A model generated the notes under the pieces. The model worked only from the letters and a program-made list of their open reading frames with translations. It was not told the DNA's origin and searched no databases. Of a DNA stretch of 32,438 nt, positions 1 through 8,302 are shown in pieces; position 1 is the first letter of the stretch, and the number at the start of each line of letters is the position of its first letter. The translations under genes were made by a program, and so were the position numbers. The stretch covers positions 1 to 32,438 of the forward strand of contig CASELB010000084.1 of NCBI GenBank assembly GCA_949288685.1, written 5' to 3'. Source of the DNA: an uncultured bacterium (GTDB taxonomy: Bacteria > Cyanobacteriota > Vampirovibrionia > Gastranaerophilales > Gastranaerophilaceae).

Positions 1-172
1 GACAAACGCAGAACTGTCAAAATCGAGTGATGTTGTATACGTACATGAGTATACCAGAGAGGACGGAACCGTAGTAAAAGCGCACTATCGTTCCAAAGCG
101 GGACATAGAAATCCTGACAAACCGGTAATGCAAACTCCGAAGGAGTATAAAGCAACACTTGAAAAAAAATAA
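1..172 (+). CDS. 3' end of an ORF truncated by the window edge; hypothetical protein
   Basis: Frame 2 is open from the window edge to TAA at 170-172 (TNAELSKSSDVVYVHEYTREDGTVVKAHYRSKAGHRNPDKPVMQTPKEYKATLEKK*). The VxVxxYTRxDGTxVxxHYRS stretch resembles a short motif I have loosely seen in uncharacterised proteins. No function can be assigned. Confidence 0.4.
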   Translation, partial: TNAELSKSSDVVYVHEYTREDGTVVKAHYRSKAGHRNPDKPVMQTPKEYKATLEKK

Positions 173-180
173 ACGACTAT

Positions 181-1107
181 ATGGATAAGGATATTGAGAA
201 ACGTTATGGGGTATCGACAGGCTTCGCAGCGAACGTAAAGAACGATATCTCTATTGGGATGCCATATTATTCTGGTATGCATAATATATCAATATCTAAT
301 GCTGATGGGGAATATAGAACTAAAAGAAATTCACATTTGCAAGAGTTGTGTCAAAAATATACCAGAATGAAGGCGAATATAGGGGCAGGAGTGAAACAAT
401 GGTGGAATAATGACCTGTATAATGATTTAACTTCTTCTTCTTCAATGTTCGAACTCCAGAAGAATGCAACAGAGCATCCTGTTATGGTTGAGAGCTTAAA
501 AAAAATTTTGCCGGATGCAGTGGATACATATATAGGGAATTTACCTCAAGGGAAAAATTATGAAAAGGAAAATTTTGAAAATGCAAAAAAAATGACTAAA
601 ACAGTGAGTTTTCATAAGATTTCAGATATAAAAGATAAATCACTTGAAGATTTTATATCAAAAACATATTCAAGAGTTTCTAAGGATGATATAGTGGTGG
701 TTTTTAATAGTGATTCTAAAGTTTCTTTATCCCTAAAAAATACTTCCAAAATTTATAGTACAATAAAAGATAATTTAACAGCTATAAAAAATGGGCAATA
801 TAAAAATAAATTTTTAGGAGTTAATTTTAGTGATGTTGGCAGTAGTTTGGAGAAATTAATGTCTACAAATATGATTGCGGCTTATAACAAGTTAAGTTTG
901 TATAATCCTCATTTTGACGAGAACCAAAACTTAATAATGTATGCTATAGATTATGTTGATTACGAAAAAAATATTCCACAAAATCCGTTAAATGCTATTA
1001 ATAATAATGCCTATGAACTGCAAAACTCGGGTGTTGTATTCCCATATTTCAAGATTATTAAATTGAAATATACTCCTGCTGAATATATGCATATTGTGAG
1101 AAAATAG
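181..1107 (+). CDS. hypothetical protein (308 aa), no recognisable domain, no signal peptide
   Basis: Long ATG-initiated ORF starting 8 nt after the upstream stop. It is Asn/Lys/Ser-rich. I recognise no motifs, and there is no obvious SD. Confidence 0.55.
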   Translation: MDKDIEKRYGVSTGFAANVKNDISIGMPYYSGMHNISISNADGEYRTKRNSHLQELCQKYTRMKANIGAGVKQWWNNDLYNDLTSSSSMFELQKNATEHPVMVESLKKILPDAVDTYIGNLPQGKNYEKENFENAKKMTKTVSFHKISDIKDKSLEDFISKTYSRVSKDDIVVVFNSDSKVSLSLKNTSKIYSTIKDNLTAIKNGQYKNKFLGVNFSDVGSSLEKLMSTNMIAAYNKLSLYNPHFDENQNLIMYAIDYVDYEKNIPQNPLNAINNNAYELQNSGVVFPYFKIIKLKYTPAEYMHIVRK

Positions 1108-1174
1108 AATATATATTAAATAATTGCAAATATAGATAGTATATGTTAATATGCTATCTATAGGAGTAATTTTA

Positions 1175-2056
1175 ATGTTTGATAAATTAAAAAAACTACC
1201 GGTAATAGAAATGGTTAGTATAGGGTTACTTTTTTTTATAATGCTATTTTATAATGTTGTTTTTGTTATTATGCTTGGAAATATTCTATTTGAGGATTCT
1301 TCTCAGAATATAATAAATAATTTTTTTATAGAAGGATTTGATATTATTATTTGTTTACCTATTGCAATACAGACTATAATTAGTATATGCATATATTTGA
1401 TTTTGTATAAGGTATCATTAAATAAATTTTTTATACACATAATTTACGGTCTGAAATTTTATACAATAGTACGTAGGTTGTTATATTTTTTGTTGATGTT
1501 TATCTCTCCCGTGTTTTTAGTTAGTATATCATCTTTTATTTTACCGGTAATATTACTTGGAATATGTTATTCTTTAGCCTTTCCGCTAATACTTTTGTAT
1601 GCGTACTGGGGTTTGGAAAACCGATTACCACATAGAATGAAAAAGATATATAAAGGAATAAATACATTATTATCAATAGTGTTACCGTTTTTTGTTGCAG
1701 GATTTGTGTATTATTTTAATAATCAATCTTCTTCCGCAGATACAAGAGTATTAGAGTTAGCCTTGTATATAGTAGTTGTATTAATCGGAACATTATTACT
1801 ATTAACAGAAAAGAGTAAAATATTATTAGAAAAAATAAAGAAGTATAAATGGCATTCTTTTCTGTTGTGGGTATCAGTAATCTATGCAACACTATGGGGG
1901 CTAAGGAATGAGTGGGTAACGTATTATGTACTGTATATATCAGCCGTACTCTTGCTAATGCTTATTTTTGAAAAACCGCTATTAAGTTGGCGTGCAAAAA
2001 ACGAAGAGTTGCATAGAGAAACAGAAGAGTACTATAAATCAAAAATACAGCAATAA
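1175..2056 (+). CDS. hypothetical polytopic membrane protein (about 293 aa)
   Basis: The ORF track starts at 1151, but TAGGAG at 1162-1167 sits 7-8 nt before the in-frame ATG at 1175 (MFDKLKK...). There are many long hydrophobic segments (Ile/Leu/Phe-rich) and a charged C-terminal tail. I recognise no family. Confidence 0.6.
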   Translation: MFDKLKKLPVIEMVSIGLLFFIMLFYNVVFVIMLGNILFEDSSQNIINNFFIEGFDIIICLPIAIQTIISICIYLILYKVSLNKFFIHIIYGLKFYTIVRRLLYFLLMFISPVFLVSISSFILPVILLGICYSLAFPLILLYAYWGLENRLPHRMKKIYKGINTLLSIVLPFFVAGFVYYFNNQSSSADTRVLELALYIVVVLIGTLLLLTEKSKILLEKIKKYKWHSFLLWVSVIYATLWGLRNEWVTYYVLYISAVLLLMLIFEKPLLSWRAKNEELHRETEEYYKSKIQQ

Positions 2057-2098
2057 TAATGTAATATAATAAAATGTTGAATGGATTAAAATTAAAGA

Positions 2099-2236
2099 AT
2101 GATTATATTTAATATACTGTCTTTCATAGTATTGATTTTAATGATACTTTCGCATGAAAGTCCCCATAATTTTGAAACATTTTTCTTTTTCTGGATTATA
2201 GGGAATATTGTTTATATAACACGCCGGCGGGAATAA
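2099..2236 (+). CDS. possible 45-aa small hydrophobic protein (below ORF-track cutoff)
   Basis: My translation from the ATG at 2099 gives MIIFNILSFIVLILMILSHESPHNFETFFFFWIIGNIVYITRRRE*. This is two hydrophobic stretches and a basic tail. The stop lies inside the terminator hairpin at 2226-2258. No clear SD. Confidence 0.2.
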   Translation: MIIFNILSFIVLILMILSHESPHNFETFFFFWIIGNIVYITRRRE

Positions 2237-2258
2237 ATCCCGCCTTTGTGCTTTTTTT
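2226..2258 (+). terminator. Rho-independent terminator
   Basis: GGCGGGA (2226-2232) / TCCCGCC (2238-2244), a 7-bp GC-rich stem with a 5-nt loop, followed by TTTGTGCTTTTTTT. Confidence 0.55.
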
Positions 2259-2723
2259 GTCTGAAAGCGAACGATTATAAATATTAAATTATCAAAGTAC
2301 AAAAAGAAAAGCCCGCGAGGAGTGTTAATGCGGACTATAGATTGAATAACTACATCATATTTTTTTAATTAATCAATGCTAATTTACATTAATATGCGTT
2401 GATTTTTTGATATAGCTAACCACGAAAAACTATAAGTGACATGTTTACACGTATCACTTTTCGTTTTTTGTGTTCGACAATTTTTTAGGGTGTAAGTATT
2501 TATGTAATGTAAGTGCTTATGCTTTTTTATTGTTATTTAATTATTTTCAAAAATAAAAATGATATTAGAGTATATATAAACCGTATAAAAATAAATACGG
2601 AAAGGATTAGAAACAAAATATACCCCGTTACATGAATAAGTTAAAAACCCTAAAGTTGACAAGCCAGAAATTTTCATTAAAGACCTAATACTACATTAAA
2701 CGGATGATTTTATTAAAAATCGT

Positions 2724-2750
2724 TAAACCATAGTGAAAATCAGCCGATTT
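2724..2750 (+). promoter_or_regulatory. sigma-28 (FliA/SigD)-type promoter upstream of the rod operon
   Basis: TAAA (2724-2727), a 15-nt spacer, then GCCGATTT (2743-2750). The enterobacterial/Bacillus consensus is TAAA-N15-GCCGATAA. It lies about 22 nt upstream of the flgF ATG, just before the AAGAGG SD. Confidence 0.5.
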
Positions 2751-2772
2751 AATAAAAAAAGAGGTGTATATT

Positions 2773-3471
2773 ATGAAAATAAACGGCGGTGTAAGATTTT
2801 GCGAACCCGGGATACGGGCATCAATAAGAGCAATGCATTTGCAAAGCAGTATTTTGCAGATTACAACCGAGAATGTTAACGGTTTTGATAAAGTCGGTTA
2901 TCAGCGCAGAGAACCTGTTGTATCATCGTTTACGGAGTTTCTTGGTGTACACGGGTTATCAACAACTATTGATGATCAGCCGGGGCGGATTATTTCGTCA
3001 GGAAATCCCCTTGATATTGCAATTGCTAATCGCGGTTATTTTCAAATACAAACGCCGGATGGTGTTGTTATAACACGTGACGGCAGATTTAAATATGACA
3101 AATTCGGAAACCTGCTTACACTGGAAGATAACCCTGTTTTGTCAGACAGCGGTGTTCCTATACAATTAACTCTTGTTCCTCGTACTCCGGATGAAGTGGT
3201 TGTAAATACAAGAGGCAAGATAAGTGTATTTAATCCTCAAACCCGGGAAATGGAAGAATGCGGTACAATTGGTGTTGTGGATTCTAATGGCATGGCGGTT
3301 TTGGAGCCTGATATTAAGCAAGGGTATAATGAATATTCAAACGTTTCATTGCAAAATGAGTTTTTGCAGGTAAAGCCTGTTGTAAGAAATTTTGAAGCAA
3401 ACAGACAGATATTTATTATGCAAAGCAACAACTTGCAAAGTGTTATAAGCAAACTCGGTTCTGTATCATAA
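2773..3471 (+). CDS. flgF: flagellar basal-body rod protein, FlgF/FlgG family
   Basis: N-terminal rod motif (ITTENVNGFDKVGYQR) and C-terminal rod-family helix (NVSLQNEFLQVKPVVRNFEANRQIFIMQSNNLQSVISKLG). AAAGAGG lies 8 nt before the ATG at 2773, and the track's GTG at 2764 falls inside that SD. The flgF versus flgG assignment rests on gene order only. Confidence 0.8.
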   Translation: MKINGGVRFCEPGIRASIRAMHLQSSILQITTENVNGFDKVGYQRREPVVSSFTEFLGVHGLSTTIDDQPGRIISSGNPLDIAIANRGYFQIQTPDGVVITRDGRFKYDKFGNLLTLEDNPVLSDSGVPIQLTLVPRTPDEVVVNTRGKISVFNPQTREMEECGTIGVVDSNGMAVLEPDIKQGYNEYSNVSLQNEFLQVKPVVRNFEANRQIFIMQSNNLQSVISKLGSVS

Positions 3472-3481
3472 GGAGTAAGTT

Positions 3482-4195
3482 ATGTATAGTTTACAAGCGA
3501 TAATAAGAAAGAATATAAATTGTGCAACCTATCAATTTGAACGGCTGGGACAGGTTGCAAATAATGTTTCCAATTATCAGACAAATGCGTATAAGGTAAC
3601 AAAGTTTGAGCAAATGCTTAGAGAAGACGGGTATTTGACCGGAGTTTTAAGAACGGATGCCCGTCAGGGGGATTTGCTTGTGACAAACAATCCTTACGAT
3701 ATGGCAATAAACGGTAACGGTTATTTCCCTGTAATTTCACCGGAAGGTGAAATCCAATATACGCGTGACGGCGCATTTACAAGAGGCGAAGGCGGTTATC
3801 TTATGACCGGTGACGGCTGGCTTGTCGGGGATGGTATTAAAATTCCGTCTAATAGTTACAAATTCACGGTTTCCCCGAACGGTGATGTTTATAACTATGA
3901 TTATGCCGGCTCTGAACCTGTTTTAATAGGGCATATTCCGATAGTAGAATTTGACTCTCCTGAAAGTCTTGAGCAGGGGCATAACAACAAAATGGTACCT
4001 ACAGAAGAGTCCGGACCGCCAAGGCTTATTGGAGAGCATAACTATATTGTTCAACATCAGATAGAAACATCTAATACTAATGTATTTGATGAAGTTAATG
4101 AAATGCTAAGGCTTAATGCTTCTATGATTGCAAGTTTGAACCTTATGAAGGTTGCGGATGATATGTATAACAAAGCAATTAATATAAGAGAATAG
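3482..4195 (+). CDS. flgG: flagellar basal-body rod protein, FlgG-like
   Basis: N-terminal VANNVSNYQTNAYK motif and C-terminal TSNTNVFDEVNEMLRLNASMIASLNLMKVADDMYNKAINI, typical of distal rod proteins. AAGGAG SD upstream. Confidence 0.8.
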   Translation: MYSLQAIIRKNINCATYQFERLGQVANNVSNYQTNAYKVTKFEQMLREDGYLTGVLRTDARQGDLLVTNNPYDMAINGNGYFPVISPEGEIQYTRDGAFTRGEGGYLMTGDGWLVGDGIKIPSNSYKFTVSPNGDVYNYDYAGSEPVLIGHIPIVEFDSPESLEQGHNNKMVPTEESGPPRLIGEHNYIVQHQIETSNTNVFDEVNEMLRLNASMIASLNLMKVADDMYNKAINIRE

Positions 4196-4249
4196 AGGTA
4201 AACAGATAAAATATTTACTTCTAATCGAGCAGATAAGAAAGGATAAATA

Positions 4250-4603
4250 ATGACCTTTACAGCACTTGATTCTTTTGGAAAAGTTAATTTGATGATGGAT
4301 TTGGTTGCGCAGCGGCAGCGGGCGTTAACATCTAATGTAGCGAATATGGATACTCCCGGTTATGTGCGGCGGGATATAGATTTCGGTATGTATTTAGGAA
4401 CCATGAACAGCCCGTTGGAAACAAAACTTTCCACTAAACTCGGTCCTTCCGGGATGATAGAAGACAGGCGGGAAGAAGAAATAGATATAACACAGGAACT
4501 GGCGGAAGTTCAAAAAAATATGATTTATTATACGATGGCGACAAAACGTATGACAAATCTTGTAACAGAAATGCGAACAGTACTTAATGTAGGCGGAGGT
4601 TAG
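4250..4603 (+). CDS. flgB: flagellar basal-body rod protein FlgB
   Basis: AQRQRALTSNVANMDTPGYVRRDIDF matches the FlgB N-terminal signature. The size (117 aa) is typical. Confidence 0.85.
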   Translation: MTFTALDSFGKVNLMMDLVAQRQRALTSNVANMDTPGYVRRDIDFGMYLGTMNSPLETKLSTKLGPSGMIEDRREEEIDITQELAEVQKNMIYYTMATKRMTNLVTEMRTVLNVGGG

Positions 4604-4608
4604 AGCTT

Positions 4609-5052
4609 ATGAGTATAATGGAATCTATTAATATCGGGAAAAATGCACTTAAAGCACATGGTTTGAGGCTTGATATTCATGCAAAGAACATTGCAAATAT
4701 TGATACTCCTAATTATGTAAGACGTATTCCGGTGTTAAATGCGAGTGAAGATATATCTTTTCACGGACTTTTAAATGTTATGAAAAATGACGTGTTTGGT
4801 ATCGGAACATTACCGTATTTGCAAGGCGGTGTTGTTATGAACGGGTGCGTAGAAGATCCTACGCCCGGTGACAGAATTTATGCACCGGGGCATCCTGATG
4901 CTGATGCTAACGGGTATATTCGTTCTTCTAACGTAAACGCGATGGTTGATATGGCTGACGCTATTCTTGCCCAGCGGGCGTATGAAGCTAACGTTGCGCT
5001 GGTTACTATATCTAAATCAATGGCACAGACTGCTTTGAATATAGGAAGCTAG
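4609..5052 (+). CDS. flgC: flagellar basal-body rod protein FlgC
   Basis: HAKNIANIDTPNYVRR N-terminal motif, C-terminal LAQRAYEANVALVTISKSMAQTALNIG, 147 aa. GGAGG SD upstream. Confidence 0.85.
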   Translation: MSIMESINIGKNALKAHGLRLDIHAKNIANIDTPNYVRRIPVLNASEDISFHGLLNVMKNDVFGIGTLPYLQGGVVMNGCVEDPTPGDRIYAPGHPDADANGYIRSSNVNAMVDMADAILAQRAYEANVALVTISKSMAQTALNIGS

Positions 5053-5070
5053 ATTTATTAATTTATTTAG

Positions 5071-5115
5071 CAAGGCGGGCTTGAAATTTATTTCAAGCCC
5101 GCCTTGCTTGTTTGT
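5071..5115 (+). terminator. Rho-independent terminator after flgC
   Basis: Perfect 16-bp stem CAAGGCGGGCTTGAAA (5071-5086) / TTTCAAGCCCGCCTTG (5091-5106) with loop TTTA, followed by CTTGTTTGT. Confidence 0.75.
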
Positions 5116-5200
5116 AACAAATTTGCAATACAGTCGTCGAAAAAGTAAATATTTGTATATAAAAAAACTTTAATATAATAGGAACCTAAGGTGAGAGTAT

Positions 5201-5677
5201 ATGAGCGGAAATGATTATGTTACATACGGCGGAATAAAGTTTCGGCAAAATGATGTAAAGAATTTTGAAACAGTTAAGGTTCATGATTATCAAAGGACTC
5301 ATGAATATTATGTTGTTACATTAAAAAACGGTGCAAAGGTATCTTCGGAAAAACTTTATGTCAAGGCTAATGCATTAAGCGGTGCATCTGTATTTTTGAA
5401 TACAGATGAGTCAGTAACATTACATAACTTAATGTTTACTGATGTTACTGGGGCAGCCGGCAAACAAGATGTATTTAGAATAACCGGAGCTGAGTCAATG
5501 CGGAATAAGATTAATTTAAATAATGGCAGCGGAATTGTTGAAAATGACCGTATAATTGTTGAAGAAGAACACTATAAGGGTTGGTTTGCGAAAGTAAACA
5601 GGGTTAATTTGAAAGAAGGAGATAAGGTGGATTACGGTAATGATATTTTTTACACCTATGAAGAAAACAATAGATAA
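5201..5677 (+). CDS. hypothetical protein (158 aa)
   Basis: ATG preceded by an AAGGTGAG SD. No signal peptide or known motif. It lies between two strong terminators. Confidence 0.6.
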   Translation: MSGNDYVTYGGIKFRQNDVKNFETVKVHDYQRTHEYYVVTLKNGAKVSSEKLYVKANALSGASVFLNTDESVTLHNLMFTDVTGAAGKQDVFRITGAESMRNKINLNNGSGIVENDRIIVEEEHYKGWFAKVNRVNLKEGDKVDYGNDIFYTYEENNR

Positions 5678-5678
5678 T

Positions 5679-5710
5679 AAAAAGCCCTGTTATTCATAAC
5701 AGGGCTTTTT
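5679..5710. terminator. bidirectional hairpin terminator between convergent genes
   Basis: AAAAAGCCCTGTTA (5679-5692) / TAACAGGGCTTTTT (5697-5710) with loop TTCA. The A-run and T-run flanks let it act on both strands (the 5201 ORF and surE). Confidence 0.75.
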
Positions 5711-5720
5711 AAATCAGTAT

Positions 5721-6521
5721 TTAGTTTTGATGAAACCAATTACAAAAATCATCGCTGCACAGATTTTTATTTAACTGGTTCATAACTTCTACATTTGTCA
5801 TATCAAAAGTAATCGGAGTGACCGAAATTTTATTACTTCTTACGGCAGAAATATCCGTATTGGCATCTTCCGGTTCATTGATTAATTCGCCTGCCATCCA
5901 GTAATAAACTTTTCCGCGCGGGTCAACTCTTTTTTCATAATCGTCAGTAAACATTCTTTTCCCTAGTTCTGTAATGGCAATTCCTCCGATATCTTCAAGG
6001 TCAAGCCCTGGAACATTAATGTTTAAAATGGTTTTAGCCGGAATAATTGTTGGATCAAGTTTATCAACAAATGCGGCAATACAAGCAGCGGAAACTTTAA
6101 AATCTTCATATTCATTTCTCATACTGGCAAGAGAGGTTGCAATACTTGGAAATCCTAACATTGCTCCTTCCATAGCACAGCTTACTGTTCCTGAATATAA
6201 AATATCGGCACCGAGGTTTGGACCGTGGTTAATTCCTGATATTACCAAATCCGGCATTTCTTCTTCCGATAAAATAGCATTAAGTGCAATTTTAACACAA
6301 TCACCCGGGGTTCCGGTTGTCATCCAGCAACGTTTTGTTCCGTACTTAGCGTCTACTTCTTCAACCCTTAGAGGTGTGTGCAGCGTCAGAGAATGTCCAG
6401 CGGCACTTCTTTCTCTGTCCGGAGCAACAATATATACTTCGTGCTTTAAACTCAATGCTTCGGCAAGAGCGCGTATTCCGTTCGCTAAAATACCATCATC
6501 GTTTGAAATTAAAATCTTCAT
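5721..6521 (-). CDS. surE: 5'/3'-nucleotidase SurE
   Basis: MKILISNDDGILANGIRALAEAL N-terminus, GINHGPNLG and YSGTVSCAMEG motifs. The start is moved to the ATG at 6521 (GGGAG SD upstream). The track's 15-aa extension has no SD and is not SurE-like. Confidence 0.9.
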   Translation of the reverse strand: MKILISNDDGILANGIRALAEALSLKHEVYIVAPDRERSAAGHSLTLHTPLRVEEVDAKYGTKRCWMTTGTPGDCVKIALNAILSEEEMPDLVISGINHGPNLGADILYSGTVSCAMEGAMLGFPSIATSLASMRNEYEDFKVSAACIAAFVDKLDPTIIPAKTILNINVPGLDLEDIGGIAITELGKRMFTDDYEKRVDPRGKVYYWMAGELINEPEDANTDISAVRSNKISVTPITFDMTNVEVMNQLNKNLCSDDFCNWFHQN

Positions 6522-6592
6522 GAAAAACTCCCTATATAATATCCACTTAATTATATAGTACCACAATTTTCAAATTTTGTACCGCAAAATTA

Positions 6593-7618
6593 TTAAACTT
6601 TCATTTCTTTTTCAAACCCGAATAAGGAACTGACAGATTCTTCATCGTGTATTCTTGAAATAGCCTGACCTAATAGCGGAGCAACTGATAATTGAATAAC
6701 GTTGTCTGGCAATTTTTCTTTATCCCAGGGGATTGAGTTAGTTACTATACAGAGTTCAATTGGCGCATTTTTAAGCCGTTCAATTGCAGGTCCTGAGAAG
6801 ATTGCGTGAGATGCGCAAACATAAACCTGTTTAGCGCCTTTCGTTTTTAATAGTTTAGCGGCTTCACAGATTGTTCCTGCTGTGTCAATCATATCATCAA
6901 ACATAATACACACTTTGCCTTCAACATCACCTATAACGTGAGATGCAATAGCTTCATTGTGTTTGTCACGTCTTTTATCAATAATTGCAAGCGGGCAGTC
7001 AATTTTTTTAGCGAACTGTCTTGTTCTTTGAACTCCGCCGGTATCGGGGCTGACCGCGACCATATCATCAGCCGGTATATTAAGACTTTTTATATAATCA
7101 ACCAGAATCGGGGTTGCAAAAATGTGGTCAACGAGTATATTAAAGAATCCTTGAATTTGACCGGTGTGTAAGTCCATAGCAAGAACACGGTCTGTTCCTG
7201 CAGTAGTTAACAGGTCAGCAACCAGTTTTGCCGTAATGGCTTCTCTTCCGGAGGTTTTTCTGTCCTGTCTTGCGTATCCGTAATAAGGAATTACTGCCGT
7301 AATACTTTTTGCACTGGCACGTTTAAAAGCATCAATAATGATTAAGAGTTCCATTAAATTTTCATTAACCGGATTGCAAAGCGGTTGAATTATAAATACA
7401 TCATCGCCTCTTACACTTTCTTTGACCTGAACATAAATTTCTCCGTCAGCAAAGTTTTTAACAACCATCGGTCCGATGGTTGTACCGAGGTAGTCCGCAA
7501 TTTCCTGAGCGAGTTTGGGGTTTGAACGCCCTGCAAAAAGTTTAATGTCGTGAGTTGGATTGACTGCTTTTTCAAGTTGCGGATAAGAAACTTCAAGAAC
7601 CATTTTAAATCCTTTCAT
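6593..7618 (-). CDS. prs: ribose-phosphate pyrophosphokinase (PRPP synthetase)
   Basis: DLHTGQIQGFF, VSPDTGGVQRTRQFAKK and FDDMIDTAGTICEAA motifs. The start could instead be the ATG at 7603, which has AAAGGA 6 nt upstream. Confidence 0.9.
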   Translation of the reverse strand: MKGFKMVLEVSYPQLEKAVNPTHDIKLFAGRSNPKLAQEIADYLGTTIGPMVVKNFADGEIYVQVKESVRGDDVFIIQPLCNPVNENLMELLIIIDAFKRASAKSITAVIPYYGYARQDRKTSGREAITAKLVADLLTTAGTDRVLAMDLHTGQIQGFFNILVDHIFATPILVDYIKSLNIPADDMVAVSPDTGGVQRTRQFAKKIDCPLAIIDKRRDKHNEAIASHVIGDVEGKVCIMFDDMIDTAGTICEAAKLLKTKGAKQVYVCASHAIFSGPAIERLKNAPIELCIVTNSIPWDKEKLPDNVIQLSVAPLLGQAISRIHDEESVSSLFGFEKEMKV

Positions 7619-7680
7619 ACGATTTGTGATAGTTTTATAATAATTGAAAAATATATAATTTAACAGTGTTTTTTAAGAAA

Positions 7681-7712
7681 AATTAAGAAGGGCTGATATT
7701 TATATCAGCCCC
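7681..7712 (-). terminator. Rho-independent terminator downstream of the 7741-8190 ORF
   Basis: GGGCTGATA (7690-7698) / TATCAGCCC (7703-7711) with a 4-nt loop. On the minus strand it is followed by TTCTTAATTTTTC. Confidence 0.6.
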
Positions 7713-7740
7713 TGATTTATGAGTCTTTAAACCTTTTGGA

Positions 7741-8190
7741 TTATGCATTTGCTGCCCCATCAGCTCCGCCGGTGCCTCCGCCCTTTTTGGCAAATAATTT
7801 TACGATAGGATCATAAGTATATTTTTTTACAGCTTTTGCAGACTTGTATGAACCGTCTATACAAGCATTAATTCCTTTTTTTATGAAGTTTAATTCTTTA
7901 CCGTCTTTGGCAACAAATTTACCAAATGTATGTTTGCCGATTTTTAAGCCTTTGCCTCTGCCTAAAAGAGCTGCAAGAGTATATAAAGCGGCAGCTGCAA
8001 TTCCGGTTCCGATTGCGATATTCCTGCCTGTATGAGATTCTTTTTTCTCAAAAGAGTCAAAATCTCTTCTTCCTTCAAAATTGGCAGTTCCAACAGGCGG
8101 TTCTTGAATATTTCTGTATGCTTTGACGTCTGTGGTTGTCTCCGGAGTATTATAAACTCCATAATTTCTGTAGCCAACACCTTCAACCAT
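7741..8190 (-). CDS. hypothetical single-pass membrane protein (149 aa)
   Basis: AGGAGG SD 7 nt upstream of the ATG. N-terminus MVEGVGYRNYGVYN..., one hydrophobic helix (IAIGTGIAAAALYTLAALLG), Lys-rich C-terminal part and a Gly/Ala tail. Confidence 0.6.
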   Translation of the reverse strand: MVEGVGYRNYGVYNTPETTTDVKAYRNIQEPPVGTANFEGRRDFDSFEKKESHTGRNIAIGTGIAAAALYTLAALLGRGKGLKIGKHTFGKFVAKDGKELNFIKKGINACIDGSYKSAKAVKKYTYDPIVKLFAKKGGGTGGADGAANA

Positions 8191-8302
8191 AATGTTACCT
8201 CCTAAATATAAAATAATTAAACACTAACCTATTTTATTATACTTATATAAAGATTTGTAAGTTTGTTTTATTGCTATTTTTATAAATAATATTTACAAAA
8301 CT

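Noticed and set aside
2471-2480. TGTTCGACAA resembling a tRNA T-loop (GGTTCGAATCC)
   Set aside because: There is no acceptor, D or anticodon stem arrangement around it, and the match to the T-loop consensus is partial. No tRNA cloverleaf can be drawn.
5115-5143. Weak sigma-28-like TAAC-N17-GTCGAAAA upstream of the 5201 ORF
   Set aside because: Both boxes and the spacer length deviate from the consensus. A sigma-70-like TTGCAA-N17-TAAATA fits the same region at least as well.
6539-6547. ATATCCACT resembling a DnaA box (TTATCCACA)
   Set aside because: It is a single imperfect copy in the surE-prs spacer with no clustered boxes or AT-rich unwinding element, so it is not evidence for an origin.
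5974-6558. 194-aa ORF on the plus strand antisense to surE
   Set aside because: It lies entirely within the well-supported surE gene on the opposite strand. It has Ser/Pro/Ala-rich low-complexity translation typical of antisense frames, and no SD or recognisable motif.
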